From Entomortierella parvispora E1425 (taxonomy: Eukaryota > Fungi > Mortierellomycota): DNA of 64,000 nucleotides. Where the stretch lies: the NCBI GenBank assembly GCA_020891255.1, contig BQFW01000010.1, positions 248,001 through 312,000 on the forward strand, given 5' to 3'. This document shows positions 1 to 10,568 of this stretch, in pieces. The first letter of the stretch is position 1. Every line of letters starts with the position of its first letter. The notes beneath the pieces were generated by a model, which saw only the letters and a list, made by a program, of their open reading frames with translations, did no database searches and was not told where the DNA came from. The translations under genes were made by a program, and so were the position numbers.

Positions 1-97
1 CCAGCCGAGTGAGCTCACGAATGGGCAGGTGCTGGCCCAGGAGATGCAAGAGCTCTGGCACAGCGAAGAATCGAACAATGGCGCTGTCTTGCTTCAT
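1..97 (-). CDS. F-box-like/LRR protein, array-1 copy 0 (5' end only, runs off the window)
   Basis: Reverse complement from ATG at 97 reads MKQDSAIVRFFAVPELLHLLGQHLPIRELTRL, matching the N-terminus of the four downstream paralogs. Not in the ORF track. Confidence 0.85.
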   Translation of the reverse strand, partial: MKQDSAIVRFFAVPELLHLLGQHLPIRELTRL

Positions 98-130
98 GGG
101 GAATGGGGAGGGATGATGCGTGCATGTTGG

Positions 131-236
131 ACGCGACAGGAATGAACGAGCTCACAACATGCAAGCGAATGTCCGTGAGATTTTTTTTTGGACGCGGCAC
201 GGAATAGGGGTGAGTGAATTGATAGGATTTGCGATC
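131..236 (-). promoter_or_regulatory. Upstream motif pair shared by array-1 genes (rCGCG and TTTGCGAyC on + strand); example for copy 0
   Basis: CGCG core at 131, 2296, 4348, 6651 and 8857 (about 30-45 nt from each ATG). TTTGCGAyC at 228, 2377, 4413 and 6696. Confidence 0.45.
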
Positions 237-435
237 AAAGAAGAATTTCTGTGGCGGCTGCAACGAGGCACAAGAGAGCGCCTCAGTCTTCCGGCTTCTG
301 GGCAACACCACAGGAAGAGAGAATGCACAAAGTGACCAACGGAGAAAAAAGCGAAAGACAAAGGCGACATCGACGATACATTGACAACGACCTCTGTATA
401 TTGCGAGGAGACCTTCTTCGAAGAATGACTATGTT

Positions 436-2259
436 TTACTGTGGATGGGGAACAGTCGAACTTTTTATAAACGAAAACGCCAGATTAGGGAGCTGCCTTT
501 TCAACATTCGCCAGCAGTGCATCGTGTTTAAAAACTTTCTCATCCAATCGATATCATCAGTCCTGAAAGTGAGGTCTACGAGCTGCGGCCAATGTTCTGA
601 AATAAAGTCAATCTCAGCCTCGCCCATTCGTGACCAAAAGTCATTCATCAACCGGAGACGCCTTAGTTTCTTCCAGCGAGTGAGATACCAAAGACATCCT
701 TCCGTATTCTGGAATGTCAGTAGGAGGTCTGGAAGTCGCATGAAACTCGTGAAACTCGAGGCGCCATAGCCAAGCGTCAAGTCCTCTAATGCCTCCAATT
801 GACCGATAGCCAGGTAAAATCGATTTACCTGCTCCCAATTCTGCTGCTTCGCCTCTTCAGATGCTGTTGGATCTATCCCATACGCTGGATCCTTCATTTG
901 AACACAAAGCACTCTGAGCCCTCGACAGACCCATTCGCTGGGCCACTTGTCCAAGGGATAGCCACCAGGTGTTTTGTAACTCCAATTCATATTGAGAATT
1001 CGAAGTTTTTCAGAGCGCTGTACAAGCAAACCCAGTCCTGCCAAGTGTTGTCCGCCAACTTTAGACGACAGCACCCGCAGAGTCTGAAAATGGGGCTCGA
1101 GCGCTGATTCAATCTGGGTCCAGTCCAAAACACTGTCAGTCGCATCAAAGCTCTGCAAACCTGTCTCGACGACAGCGTCGCCAGCGTCGCCCTTGGATGC
1201 GCAACTCTCCAGAATTGTCTTCACCGCCAAGGTAATATAGCCGTCTCGTTGATAAGGTTGAGTATACCTGCAAACAGTAACACTCTTGATATTTGGACAC
1301 GAGGATTGTATAGCTTCTCGAAGGTCATTGCCAGTCTGTTGAACCCAGTCCACGGGTACGTCGAAATACGGCACGAATAGCGTTTCCAAGTCGTGAACGC
1401 AGTCCTTAAAGAAAGGTACCAAAAAATCGAGGGGCCATATCGTGCAAGGGAGTCGAAGCTTCCTGAGCTTATTCGATCTTTGATGCGGCAAACGGCCCTG
1501 TAGCTGGTCCAAGCATTGAGCAAAGAGCGTTCGCCAGACTTCACTTCCAATGGGATATGTCTCGTTCTGATTGGGTTCGAACTCGCACAACAGCGTGTCC
1601 AGATTCATAAGTTCAAGGCATCGCCCCACAACGACTAGGGATGATTGCAGAGATATGAAGATCTTTCTCTTCCTTGATATGGTTAACCGTTGAAGTCCTG
1701 GGAGCGAAAACGTGAGCGCGTTCATGAAGGCGTTCAGGTGTCTGGGTTCATACTCGAGTATATCGGCAGGAACGCTGAGACAGGTCAAGAATGACGTCTG
1801 CTGAAGAAGCATGATCAGTTGTTCATAGATATTCTTTGACCAGGCGATGGGTGGAAGCCTAGATGGTGTAGAGTCCGATTTGTCAACGACAAAGTGCAGA
1901 GAGCGAAGGCCAGAACCGGTGTGGTCGATTTTCGTTCCATACTGAGCGGCTTGACGGCAAGAGCGCAGTTCCTTGGAGAATTCCATCGCGATGTTCAAGG
2001 CCGACATGGTGTTAAGATCATTGTAAGAGAGATCCACGCATTGGATAAGATGAACTCTTTTCGAGAGTGATGGCGAGAGGGACATAGCACATGCTTTTTG
2101 TTGAGGGATGCTTCGCCAAAGAAATGGAGTAAACGTCTCAAAGTTTGCTCGGTTGGTGCGCACTAGTTGAGCAAGCTCACGAATGGGCAGGCTCTGGCCC
2201 AACAAATGTATGAGCTCCGGTATGGCGAAGAATCGGGCGATGGCGTTGTCCTGATCCAT
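436..2259 (-). CDS. F-box-like/LRR (RNI-like) protein, array-1 copy 1
   Basis: Intronless ORF. Probable start MDQDNAIARFFAIPEL at 2259, aligned with paralogs. LxxLxL repeats; C-terminal W.C.GLR.L and FWSRMG..E..F...HWPQL blocks. Confidence 0.85.
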   Translation of the reverse strand: MDQDNAIARFFAIPELIHLLGQSLPIRELAQLVRTNRANFETFTPFLWRSIPQQKACAMSLSPSLSKRVHLIQCVDLSYNDLNTMSALNIAMEFSKELRSCRQAAQYGTKIDHTGSGLRSLHFVVDKSDSTPSRLPPIAWSKNIYEQLIMLLQQTSFLTCLSVPADILEYEPRHLNAFMNALTFSLPGLQRLTISRKRKIFISLQSSLVVVGRCLELMNLDTLLCEFEPNQNETYPIGSEVWRTLFAQCLDQLQGRLPHQRSNKLRKLRLPCTIWPLDFLVPFFKDCVHDLETLFVPYFDVPVDWVQQTGNDLREAIQSSCPNIKSVTVCRYTQPYQRDGYITLAVKTILESCASKGDAGDAVVETGLQSFDATDSVLDWTQIESALEPHFQTLRVLSSKVGGQHLAGLGLLVQRSEKLRILNMNWSYKTPGGYPLDKWPSEWVCRGLRVLCVQMKDPAYGIDPTASEEAKQQNWEQVNRFYLAIGQLEALEDLTLGYGASSFTSFMRLPDLLLTFQNTEGCLWYLTRWKKLRRLRLMNDFWSRMGEAEIDFISEHWPQLVDLTFRTDDIDWMRKFLNTMHCWRMLKRQLPNLAFSFIKSSTVPHPQ

Positions 2260-2503
2260 GAGGGGAGGAAGTGAGAGATGGGGGCATGTCAATTGACGCG
2301 AGAAGAGCAAGCATCAAACGCGTTTTGGTGGTGGGAAAAAGAGTTTTGGTGGTGGGAAAAAGGGTGTCCTGTAGCATTTGCGATCGGAGGAAGTTTTTTT
2401 TTTTTTTTTGTGCCACCTTCTGATCTTAGAAGGCGGGCCCGCAAGAACGTCAGGAACACCATGCCATTGCTTTATTGTGTACTGTTTGATCGCCTGAAGT
2501 GCC

Positions 2504-4315
2504 CTAAGACTTTAGGATTGTAAATGTCAAATCAGGCAGCCGCCCCTTCAAAACTTGCCAGCAGTGCATATCTCTTATGAACTTCACCTGCCAGTCGACG
2601 TCGCTGGTCCTGAAGGTGATGTCCTTGAGCTGTGGCCAGTGCTCGGCCATAAATGTCACCTCAGCATGACCCATCCGCGACCAAAAATCATGCATCAGAC
2701 GAAGCCGGCGTAATCTTGTCCATCGAGTGAGATACCCAAGACACCCTTCCACGTTGCCGGATATCAGCATGAGGTCTGGAAGCCACAGATTGGCCCTAGT
2801 ATCCAAAGAGCCATAGCCGAGTGTGAGTTCCTCCAACGTCTCCAGCTGCCCAATAGCTTTGTAGAAGCGCTTCAAGTGATGCCATCTCTTCTGTCTCGCC
2901 TCTTTTGAAAGCGGAGGATGTTTCTCATGTGCTGGTTCAGCTATTTGAACACACAGCTTCCTGAGTCCTTGACATGCCCATGTATCCGGCCACTGTTCCA
3001 GGGGGTAGCCACCCGATATCTGGAAACACCAATTCATGTTGAGGACTTTGAGATTCTCACATCGTTGGACAAGCAGGCCCAATCCTGTAAAGTGTTGCCC
3101 GCCAAAATAGGAAGTCAGCTCCTCCAGGGTTTCTAGGTGGGGCTCAAGCGCCGATCCAATAGGATCCCAGTTCATGTCACCATTTATAAAAACAAGAGAA
3201 TGCAAACCTGTCTCAGTGCCAATCTTGTCTTTGGATGCGCAACCCTTGAGAACCGATTCCACCGCCAAGGCAAGAAAGTCACCTCGAGGGTATGCCTGAG
3301 TATAAGAGGGGACATTGACCTTTTTGATTCCTGGACACGAAGACTGCAGTGCTTTGCAAAGATCGTCGGACCTCCATTGACTGTTGTCTATGGACTCGTC
3401 GAAAAAGGGCACGCCCAGCGTTTCCAGGTCGTGGACACAATCCTCAAAAAACGGCACCAAGAAGTCAAGAGGCCATATCGTGCATGGCAGTTGAAGTATC
3501 TTGAGCTTATCCGAACGTCGATATGACAAACGTTCCCGAAGTTGATCCAAGGTATGAGCGAATAGATCCCTCCAGCGATCACCTCCAATGGGGTAGTCTT
3601 CCGTCTGCTTGGGCTCAAACTTGCAGCTTAGGGTGGTCAGATGTGGGAGTTCAAGGCATCGCTCCACAAGGACAAGAGATGACTCCAAGGAGACATAGTC
3701 TCCGCTATCCGTTGAAATCACGAGAGATTGCAGTCTCGGGAGCGAAAACGTGAGTGCGTTCAAGAAGCGATTCAGGTGTTTGGGCTCGTACCCAAGTACA
3801 TTGCTGGGGACGCTGAGATGAGTCAAAAAGGGTGTTTGATGAAGCAAAGCGATGGCCATTTCATTTATCTTTCTTGACCATTTGATACGTAGCGGACTCA
3901 TAGGGGACATGCTGACGGACAGAGCGGGCACATTATCGCCAGTAAAGGTCAGAAAGCGGAGACCACCCATACCAGAGTGACCATTTCCGTCGCCCGCTTG
4001 AGCGGCTTGGCGGCGACGGCGCAATTCCACAGAGTCTTCCATCGCACTAATCATAGCTTTAATGATCCCGTAATCAGAATCAGAGAGATCCATGGATTGA
4101 ATGAGGTGGACTCTTGTCGAGAGTAATGGCGATAGGGACACCTCACATGCCAGTTGGCGAGGGATGCTTTGCCAGAGAATCGGAGTAAACATCGCGTAGC
4201 TCGCTTTGTTGGTCCGCACCAGTTGAGAAAGCGTATGAATGGGGAGGTTCTGACCCAGGAGGTGTTGGAGCTCCGGTATGGCGAAGAACCGAGCCATGGC
4301 ACTGTCCTGTTCCAT
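2504..4315 (-). CDS. F-box-like/LRR protein, array-1 copy 2
   Basis: Start MEQDSAMARFFAIPEL at 4315. Shares LPCTIWPLDFLVPFF and FWSRMG..HWPQL blocks with its neighbours. Confidence 0.85.
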   Translation of the reverse strand: MEQDSAMARFFAIPELQHLLGQNLPIHTLSQLVRTNKASYAMFTPILWQSIPRQLACEVSLSPLLSTRVHLIQSMDLSDSDYGIIKAMISAMEDSVELRRRRQAAQAGDGNGHSGMGGLRFLTFTGDNVPALSVSMSPMSPLRIKWSRKINEMAIALLHQTPFLTHLSVPSNVLGYEPKHLNRFLNALTFSLPRLQSLVISTDSGDYVSLESSLVLVERCLELPHLTTLSCKFEPKQTEDYPIGGDRWRDLFAHTLDQLRERLSYRRSDKLKILQLPCTIWPLDFLVPFFEDCVHDLETLGVPFFDESIDNSQWRSDDLCKALQSSCPGIKKVNVPSYTQAYPRGDFLALAVESVLKGCASKDKIGTETGLHSLVFINGDMNWDPIGSALEPHLETLEELTSYFGGQHFTGLGLLVQRCENLKVLNMNWCFQISGGYPLEQWPDTWACQGLRKLCVQIAEPAHEKHPPLSKEARQKRWHHLKRFYKAIGQLETLEELTLGYGSLDTRANLWLPDLMLISGNVEGCLGYLTRWTRLRRLRLMHDFWSRMGHAEVTFMAEHWPQLKDITFRTSDVDWQVKFIRDMHCWQVLKGRLPDLTFTILKS

Positions 4316-4814
4316 GAGGAGAGAAGATGGGGAGGGATGAAGACAAGACGCGACAGTAATGAGACACAACGCGCCATGTCAGCGACGGAATAGGGGCGAG
4401 CGAAAAATAGCTTTTGCGACCAGAGGAAGAATTTTGTGTGATTGTGCCTTGCTTGTTGCCAGCGATGCAGCCTCACGCCCAGAGCGCGGGAACCCCTGGA
4501 CGGGACATGAATAAGAGGAAATGAAGAGCGAGGACAGGGCCAGAACACAAAGGAGGTGTACCTCTCATACCAATATGAGCCATGATATGGACATGCAAGT
4601 GGGGGGGGGGGGGGGTCTGGACGGTAAAATGGTCTGCAGTGAGGACCTGACTTGTTTGACGAAAAAGATCTATTTAACACACAGACTAACGTGGAAGACA
4701 ACTCTGGAGCCGAGGACTCTCTTGACCTCCTGACCCGTGAGGTACCAAGTATCAACTTTGAGATTGCAGCACAGAAACGCTGCGTGAGAACGCCAGACTC
4801 ACCAAGCCCATGTT

Positions 4815-6608
4815 TTATGTATGAAACACACTTTGGTTGTCTGCTGTCTGGTATGTAAACTCCAGGCCTGGCAATAATATCTTTTTTAGAAATTGCCAGC
4901 AGCGCATGGAATGTAAAAACTTTTTCATCCAAGCGAGATCATTGGTCCTGAATGTGATGTTCCTGAGCTGTGGCCAATGCTTGGCTATAAAATTCATCTC
5001 GGGCCCACCCATTCGTGACCAAAAGTCGTTCATCAACCGAAGATGCTTCAGCCTCTTCCAACAAGTTAGATACTCAAGACATCCTTTCTCGTCGTCCTTT
5101 GTCAGCAATAAATCTGGGAGCCACATATTTGACTTGCGGCCCACGGCGCCATAGCTAAGTGTCAAATCCTCTAATGCCTCCAATTGTCCGATAGCCTTGT
5201 AAAATCGCTCTTGGCGGTGCCAACTCTGCCGCCTTTCCAAATCAGGAGCTGGTGGATACATCAGATACGCTGGAACGGTCATTCGGATACATAGCTTTCT
5301 GAGTCCTTGACAAGCCCATACGCGCGGCCACCGGTCCAAGGGGTAGCCACCCTGTACTCTGCAGTGCCACTCCATGTCGAGAACCTCCAGATTTTTACAT
5401 TCCCGGACGATCTGGCCTAAATCTGCAAACTGTTCTCCGTTGACGTAAGACTTCAGTTCCCGCAAAGTTCGTAAATGAGGTTTCAGTGCTTTCCCGATCT
5501 GGATCCAGTCCAAACTATCGTCCACGATATTAAGAGACTGTAGGCCAGTCCCAGCACCAACGTCTTGTTCGGATCTAGATGTGCATCCATTAATAGCAGT
5601 TTTCACTGCTAACGTAATATAGTCGTCCCGAGGATACCTTTGAGCATACCTGGGGATGGTAAGACTCTTGATATTTGGACAAGAGGACCGCAAGGCTGCA
5701 GAAAGTTCATCGATCTCCCAAGCATCCCAGTCAAACTCATCGAAAAAAGGTACAGTCAGCTCCTCCAAGCCCTGGATGCAGTAAGTAAAGAACATTACTA
5801 AGAAATCGAGAGACCAGATTGTACATGGGAGTTGAAGCTTCTTGATTCGATTCGATCTTGCATGCGGCAAGCGATTTTGAAGATGAACCACGGTTTCAAC
5901 AAGGAGAGACGTCCACTCGTTACTTCCGATCGGGTAGTCCTCTGACACCCTGGGTTCGAACTGACAAACCAGCGAGATCAAATGTGGGAGTTCCAGACAA
6001 TGTTTGATTAGATCAAGCGACGCCTCCAGAGTGGGATAGTTGTGGTCATCCCCTGCCATCACGAAATGTTGAAGTCCAGGGACCGAAAATGTGAGCACAT
6101 TCCAAAAAGAGGCTAGGTTTTCGGGATCGTACTGGAGTATATCGCAGGGAACACTGAGTCGAGTCAAGAAAGGCGTTTGCTGAAGGAGCTTGATCAGTGG
6201 TTCATTTTCCTCTCTTGACCATTTTTTGTTCTGCGCGACATAGTTCAAAACACGTAGACCCATGCCAACGTGGCTGCCTACGATGCCCGCTTGAACAGCT
6301 TGACGGTGACGGCGTAGTTCCTTTGAGTTTTCCAACGCAATTTTCATAGACTCCGTGACGTCTGGCTCAGCAGAGGAGAGATCCATAGATTGAATGAGAT
6401 GGATTCTCTTTGCGAGAGCAGGCGAGAGGGAGACAAAATACGACAAACTGCAAGGGATGTCTCGCCAAAGGAATGGAGTGAAAAACACATTATTCTCTCG
6501 GTTGGTACGAACTAGCTGCGCGAGTTCACGAATGGAAAGCTGAAGGCCCAGGAGATGTAAGAGCTCTGGTATGGCTAGGAATCGAGCGATGGCGCTGTTT
6601 TGTTTCAT
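4815..6608 (-). CDS. F-box-like/LRR protein, array-1 copy 3
   Basis: Start MKQNSAIARFLAIPEL at 6608; same conserved blocks. Confidence 0.85.
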   Translation of the reverse strand: MKQNSAIARFLAIPELLHLLGLQLSIRELAQLVRTNRENNVFFTPFLWRDIPCSLSYFVSLSPALAKRIHLIQSMDLSSAEPDVTESMKIALENSKELRRHRQAVQAGIVGSHVGMGLRVLNYVAQNKKWSREENEPLIKLLQQTPFLTRLSVPCDILQYDPENLASFWNVLTFSVPGLQHFVMAGDDHNYPTLEASLDLIKHCLELPHLISLVCQFEPRVSEDYPIGSNEWTSLLVETVVHLQNRLPHARSNRIKKLQLPCTIWSLDFLVMFFTYCIQGLEELTVPFFDEFDWDAWEIDELSAALRSSCPNIKSLTIPRYAQRYPRDDYITLAVKTAINGCTSRSEQDVGAGTGLQSLNIVDDSLDWIQIGKALKPHLRTLRELKSYVNGEQFADLGQIVRECKNLEVLDMEWHCRVQGGYPLDRWPRVWACQGLRKLCIRMTVPAYLMYPPAPDLERRQSWHRQERFYKAIGQLEALEDLTLSYGAVGRKSNMWLPDLLLTKDDEKGCLEYLTCWKRLKHLRLMNDFWSRMGGPEMNFIAKHWPQLRNITFRTNDLAWMKKFLHSMRCWQFLKKILLPGLEFTYQTADNQSVFHT

Positions 6609-7074
6609 GATGAGAGAAGGTGAGGAATTAATGCATGTCTGTCGCGACCAACGCGCAATGTCAAGGCGCGAGAAATGGGTGAGGTTTGAGTAGCATTTGC
6701 GATCAGAGGAAGAATATTTTGTGCTGCCCTCGAGAGCGCCACCAATCTGCATGCAAGGACTGGCTGAGCAAGCCCACATATTGTCCAGGTACAGCGGATC
6801 AGTGTGCTTGCCTCTGCAATGCTATAAGATATTTACTCGGTGGAGATAAAGGCTCAATTGGATCAGCCTTGCATCGGACCCTTCGGATAGTGGTGACTCT
6901 TTGAGCTCTCGTTCAACTCCCCAACAATCGCGACGGCAGACATTAAGGCAAAAAAATGTCCTGGGAGAACCCTTTATCTAGAACAATTGAGGTAGCAGGT
7001 CGGCAGCATGCCGTGAAGCCACCATGGATGTCACACCCTTGTTTTATTGTACATGGTTTAGTGCTCAGAATGCT

Positions 7075-8829
7075 CTAAGACTTCAAGCATTTAAACACTA
7101 GGTTCGGCAATAGCCTAACTAGCGTTTGCCAGCAGTGCATAATATTCAAGAATTTCTCCATCCAAGGGACATCATCGGTCCGGAAAGTGATGCTCTCCAG
7201 CTGTGGCCAGTGCTTGGCCATAAACTTTATCTCCGGATCGCCCATTCGCGACCAAAAATCACTCCTCAAGCGAAGATGCCGCAATTTCTTCCAACGAGTC
7301 AGATCCGAAAGATACCCTTCCACTTCATTCGTCGGTAGCAAGAGATCCGTGATCCATATGTCGTCCCTAGTGTACGAGAATCCATAATCAAGCGTCAGGT
7401 CCTCCAATGCCTCCAATTGTTCGATGGCCTTGTAAAACTGCTTGAGGTGGTGCCGACTTAGCATTCCCACCTCATCTGAAGGGGCTGGAGACGTCCGGTG
7501 TGCCGGGATAGCCATTCGGACATTCAACTTTCTGAGTCCTTGACAAATCCAGATGTCCGGCCACCGCTCAAACGGGTAGCCACTTGTCCTGAAATGCCAC
7601 TCCATATCGAGGACCTTGAGATTTTTGCTCCGCCGGACGAGCTGGTCCAGTTCTGCAAACTGTTCTCGGTCACCATTAGATGTCAGCTCCCGCAAATTTT
7701 GTATATGGGGCTCAAGTAATGGTCCGATTTGGGTCCAGTCCAAACTACTGCTCGCAGCAACAAGGGACTGTAGACTAGTCCCAGCGCCAGTTCCGTTTGT
7801 GGGTGTACATGCCTCCAAAACTGTTTTCACCGCCAACGTAGCATAGTAATCCCACTCATAGCCACGAGAGTGCTTGGGTATGGCAATTTTCTTGATATTG
7901 GGACACGAGGACCGTAAGACTTCCCGAAGATCATCAATCTTGTACTCGCACCCTTCTGGAAAATCATGGAAAAGGGGTACACTCAACTCTTCCAAGTCAA
8001 GACCACAGTCCTCGAAGAACGGCACCAAAAAATCGGGGGGCCATATCATACATGGGAGTTGAAGCTTCCTGAGTTGATTCGACTTTTGATGTGGTAAACG
8101 TCCCTCAAGACGCTCCAAGGTGAGAGCAAAGAGCTCTTCCCACTCAGTTCCATGGAGATCCTGCTCTTCATCGAACTCCGAGGGCTCGAAGTTGCACACT
8201 AGGGAGACTAAATTTGGTAGTTCAAGGCATCGTGCAACAAGGTCAAGGGATAGCCCCAGGTGGGGAAATGCCTCCCCGTTCCCTTCCATGACAAAATGTT
8301 GAAGTCCTGGGACCGAAAGCGTCAGCGTATTATAAAACGACGTCAAGTATTGGGGACCGAACTCAAGCATTTTGCAGTGAACAGTGAGGCGAGACAAGAA
8401 GGGCGTTTGGAGAAGTGTGGTGACTTGGCTACTGAGCTCTGCTTTGTTGTGCAGCCTCACAAAGTTCAAAACGTGCAGACCCATGCCCACGTGGTTGCCT
8501 TCCGCGCTCGCCTGGGCAGATTGACGGCGACTGCATACTTTCTTTGAGTCTTTGAGGGCATCGATCAGAGACTTGATGACTCTGGAATCAACATCAGAGA
8601 GATCCATGGATTGAATGAGGTGGATTCTTTCCGTGAGCGCTGGCGAGCGGGAAACCCTATGTGACAACTTGCGAGGGATGTCACGCCAAAGAAAGGGGGT
8701 GAAAGTCGCATTGTTCTCTCTGTTGGTGCGCACTAGCCGAGCAAGTTGACCAACGGGCAGATGATGGCCCAGGAGATGTAAGAGCTCCGGAATGGCGAAG
8801 AATCGGGCGATGGCGCTGTCTTGTTCCAT
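7075..8829 (-). CDS. F-box-like/LRR protein, array-1 copy 4
   Basis: Start MEQDSAIARFFAIPEL at 8829; same conserved blocks. Confidence 0.85.
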   Translation of the reverse strand: MEQDSAIARFFAIPELLHLLGHHLPVGQLARLVRTNRENNATFTPFLWRDIPRKLSHRVSRSPALTERIHLIQSMDLSDVDSRVIKSLIDALKDSKKVCSRRQSAQASAEGNHVGMGLHVLNFVRLHNKAELSSQVTTLLQTPFLSRLTVHCKMLEFGPQYLTSFYNTLTLSVPGLQHFVMEGNGEAFPHLGLSLDLVARCLELPNLVSLVCNFEPSEFDEEQDLHGTEWEELFALTLERLEGRLPHQKSNQLRKLQLPCMIWPPDFLVPFFEDCGLDLEELSVPLFHDFPEGCEYKIDDLREVLRSSCPNIKKIAIPKHSRGYEWDYYATLAVKTVLEACTPTNGTGAGTSLQSLVAASSSLDWTQIGPLLEPHIQNLRELTSNGDREQFAELDQLVRRSKNLKVLDMEWHFRTSGYPFERWPDIWICQGLRKLNVRMAIPAHRTSPAPSDEVGMLSRHHLKQFYKAIEQLEALEDLTLDYGFSYTRDDIWITDLLLPTNEVEGYLSDLTRWKKLRHLRLRSDFWSRMGDPEIKFMAKHWPQLESITFRTDDVPWMEKFLNIMHCWQTLVRLLPNLVFKCLKS

Positions 8830-9877
8830 GAATGGTGAGGGATGGGTGCTTGTTGGGCGCGACAAGGATGAGCAAATCGCTGTTTGCTGATTGGTGTGCC
8901 TGAACGAGTCGCTCGCATGTCCTGCACCGCACGTGCAACGCCACCAATCTCATCCTTCAGAGGAGCAAAAAAAAAAAAAAAAAGGCAGATTATGAGACGC
9001 GATGTCACAGCTTGTTCTTGGGTCAAAGGCGTCGTGGACATTGCGACCCCAGTATTCCTTGTGCGGTGGACAGCTTGATCTTTTTTCTGCCAAACTTGCA
9101 CCAAAAAGAACAATACTGAAAGTAATATAATGCAGGCATCCTCCTGTCCTTTTTTTTTTCCTGCCCTCCTTGCTTTCACGTTTGCCGAGAAGGTCATTTC
9201 TGTGGTTTTCCGATCCCCTGGACCTCTTCCCTGCTATTCTGCGTTCTGTCATTCAGTTTTCCCATCCTTTTTCTGCACTCCTATTTTTGAGGATCCCTGT
9301 CAGATCGTTGCTCCTTCTACTGTTCACTCCGAGCCCTGCGTTCTATCATCAGATCCAACTTGCTTCTCCTCCTGCTCCCCCGTGTCTCGCTTTCATGAGC
9401 ATTTGACATTTAAAAGGCCCTCGCAGCCTCTTGTTTTTCCGTCTTGTCTTTCTCTTTTCTTCGACAATCTTTACTTTCCAAACCAACATCAAGTAAGTGC
9501 AGCAGGCCTCGTATGTCTCCTCTCCGCTTTCACTCTAGGTTCCCTGTGCTTGCTTAGCCATATGACCGGGATGCATGTTCATATCTTTACACTCATGATT
9601 TCTTTTTTTCTTTTTCGCTCACCTTTTTCACCAGAATTTTTGAAGTTACAATGCCCATCTCGTGCATCAGGCGGTTCTATTCGTACCTTAGGACTTCCGA
9701 GTATTCGAATCCTGAAAGCAAGGGTAAGTTACCCCCGCACTACCCATATCATTGCACTGGCTCAACATCAACGACAACAACAGTAGTAGTAAGCGACAGC
9801 TTCAAAAAAACAAAATGAACAACTTGCTAAGAGAATACTTTGATTCATCACAAAAAAAAAAAAAAAAAGTCAACATC

Positions 9878-10315
9878 ATGGACAACATCCAGTTCATTGA
9901 GAACGTTGCAGTGGCTCACGAGGATGACCGAAGGATCATTTTCGACCCCAATGTCATCCCCACGCACTTTAGTGGCAAGCACTACCTACACAATATCATC
10001 TACATCAAAGATAGTCGAACGTTCTTGGGAAACCACAAGCACTCTCAGGATATGATCTACTTCTCACCCAGTGGAGGCCTCATCATCTCCTTCGCTCTGG
10101 CGGGCCAAAGCAAAGTCTACGAGCTGAAGAGGGACTCCGTGGTCTTTATTCCAAAGGATATCTACTCGACCGTGCGGGGAGTCAAGGGATCCTCCATCTA
10201 CGGTTTTGGTAGCAAGCCATACAACGAATCGCGAACAGATGCCTCCGACCTGGAAACCAAGCAATTGTTAGAGTCGCTAATCAATGAAAGATTCGACTCT
10301 TTGGAGCAGTTGTAA
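9878..10315 (+). CDS. Small RmlC-like cupin-fold protein (sugar epimerase/ketoisomerase-like), 145 aa
   Basis: Intronless ORF from MDNIQF. Motifs HEDDRR, LGNHKH, VVFIPKD and KPYNE resemble the D.RG / RG.H.H / l.IP.g / Y pattern of RmlC/QdtA/CapF-type cupins (recognised by eye). Confidence 0.55.
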   Translation: MDNIQFIENVAVAHEDDRRIIFDPNVIPTHFSGKHYLHNIIYIKDSRTFLGNHKHSQDMIYFSPSGGLIISFALAGQSKVYELKRDSVVFIPKDIYSTVRGVKGSSIYGFGSKPYNESRTDASDLETKQLLESLINERFDSLEQL

Positions 10316-10568
10316 ACTCGCTCTTCATCATTTCAGACAGAGAGGCCGATGTGGTTAGGATGTTTGTTTCCAATTTGCTTACCTAATTCAACGCTCCTTC
10401 CTGAGTTGGCGTTCGGATATCTGGCTTCACTGAGAAGGCGCCGTAGACCTCAAGGGAACAATTCGAGCAAAATGAACTTCGCCGCAAGCAGCAAACAGCG
10501 GACTCTGTAGCACAAACCGAGAAGCCAAAACAAGCTCATTTTCTTTTGGCGCGTTGCACATCATTCTT

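Noticed and set aside
9130-9786. 218-aa plus-strand ORF upstream of the cupin
   Set aside because: S/F/P/L-rich translation of a CT-rich promoter/UTR with gtaagt donor-like sites; no domain.
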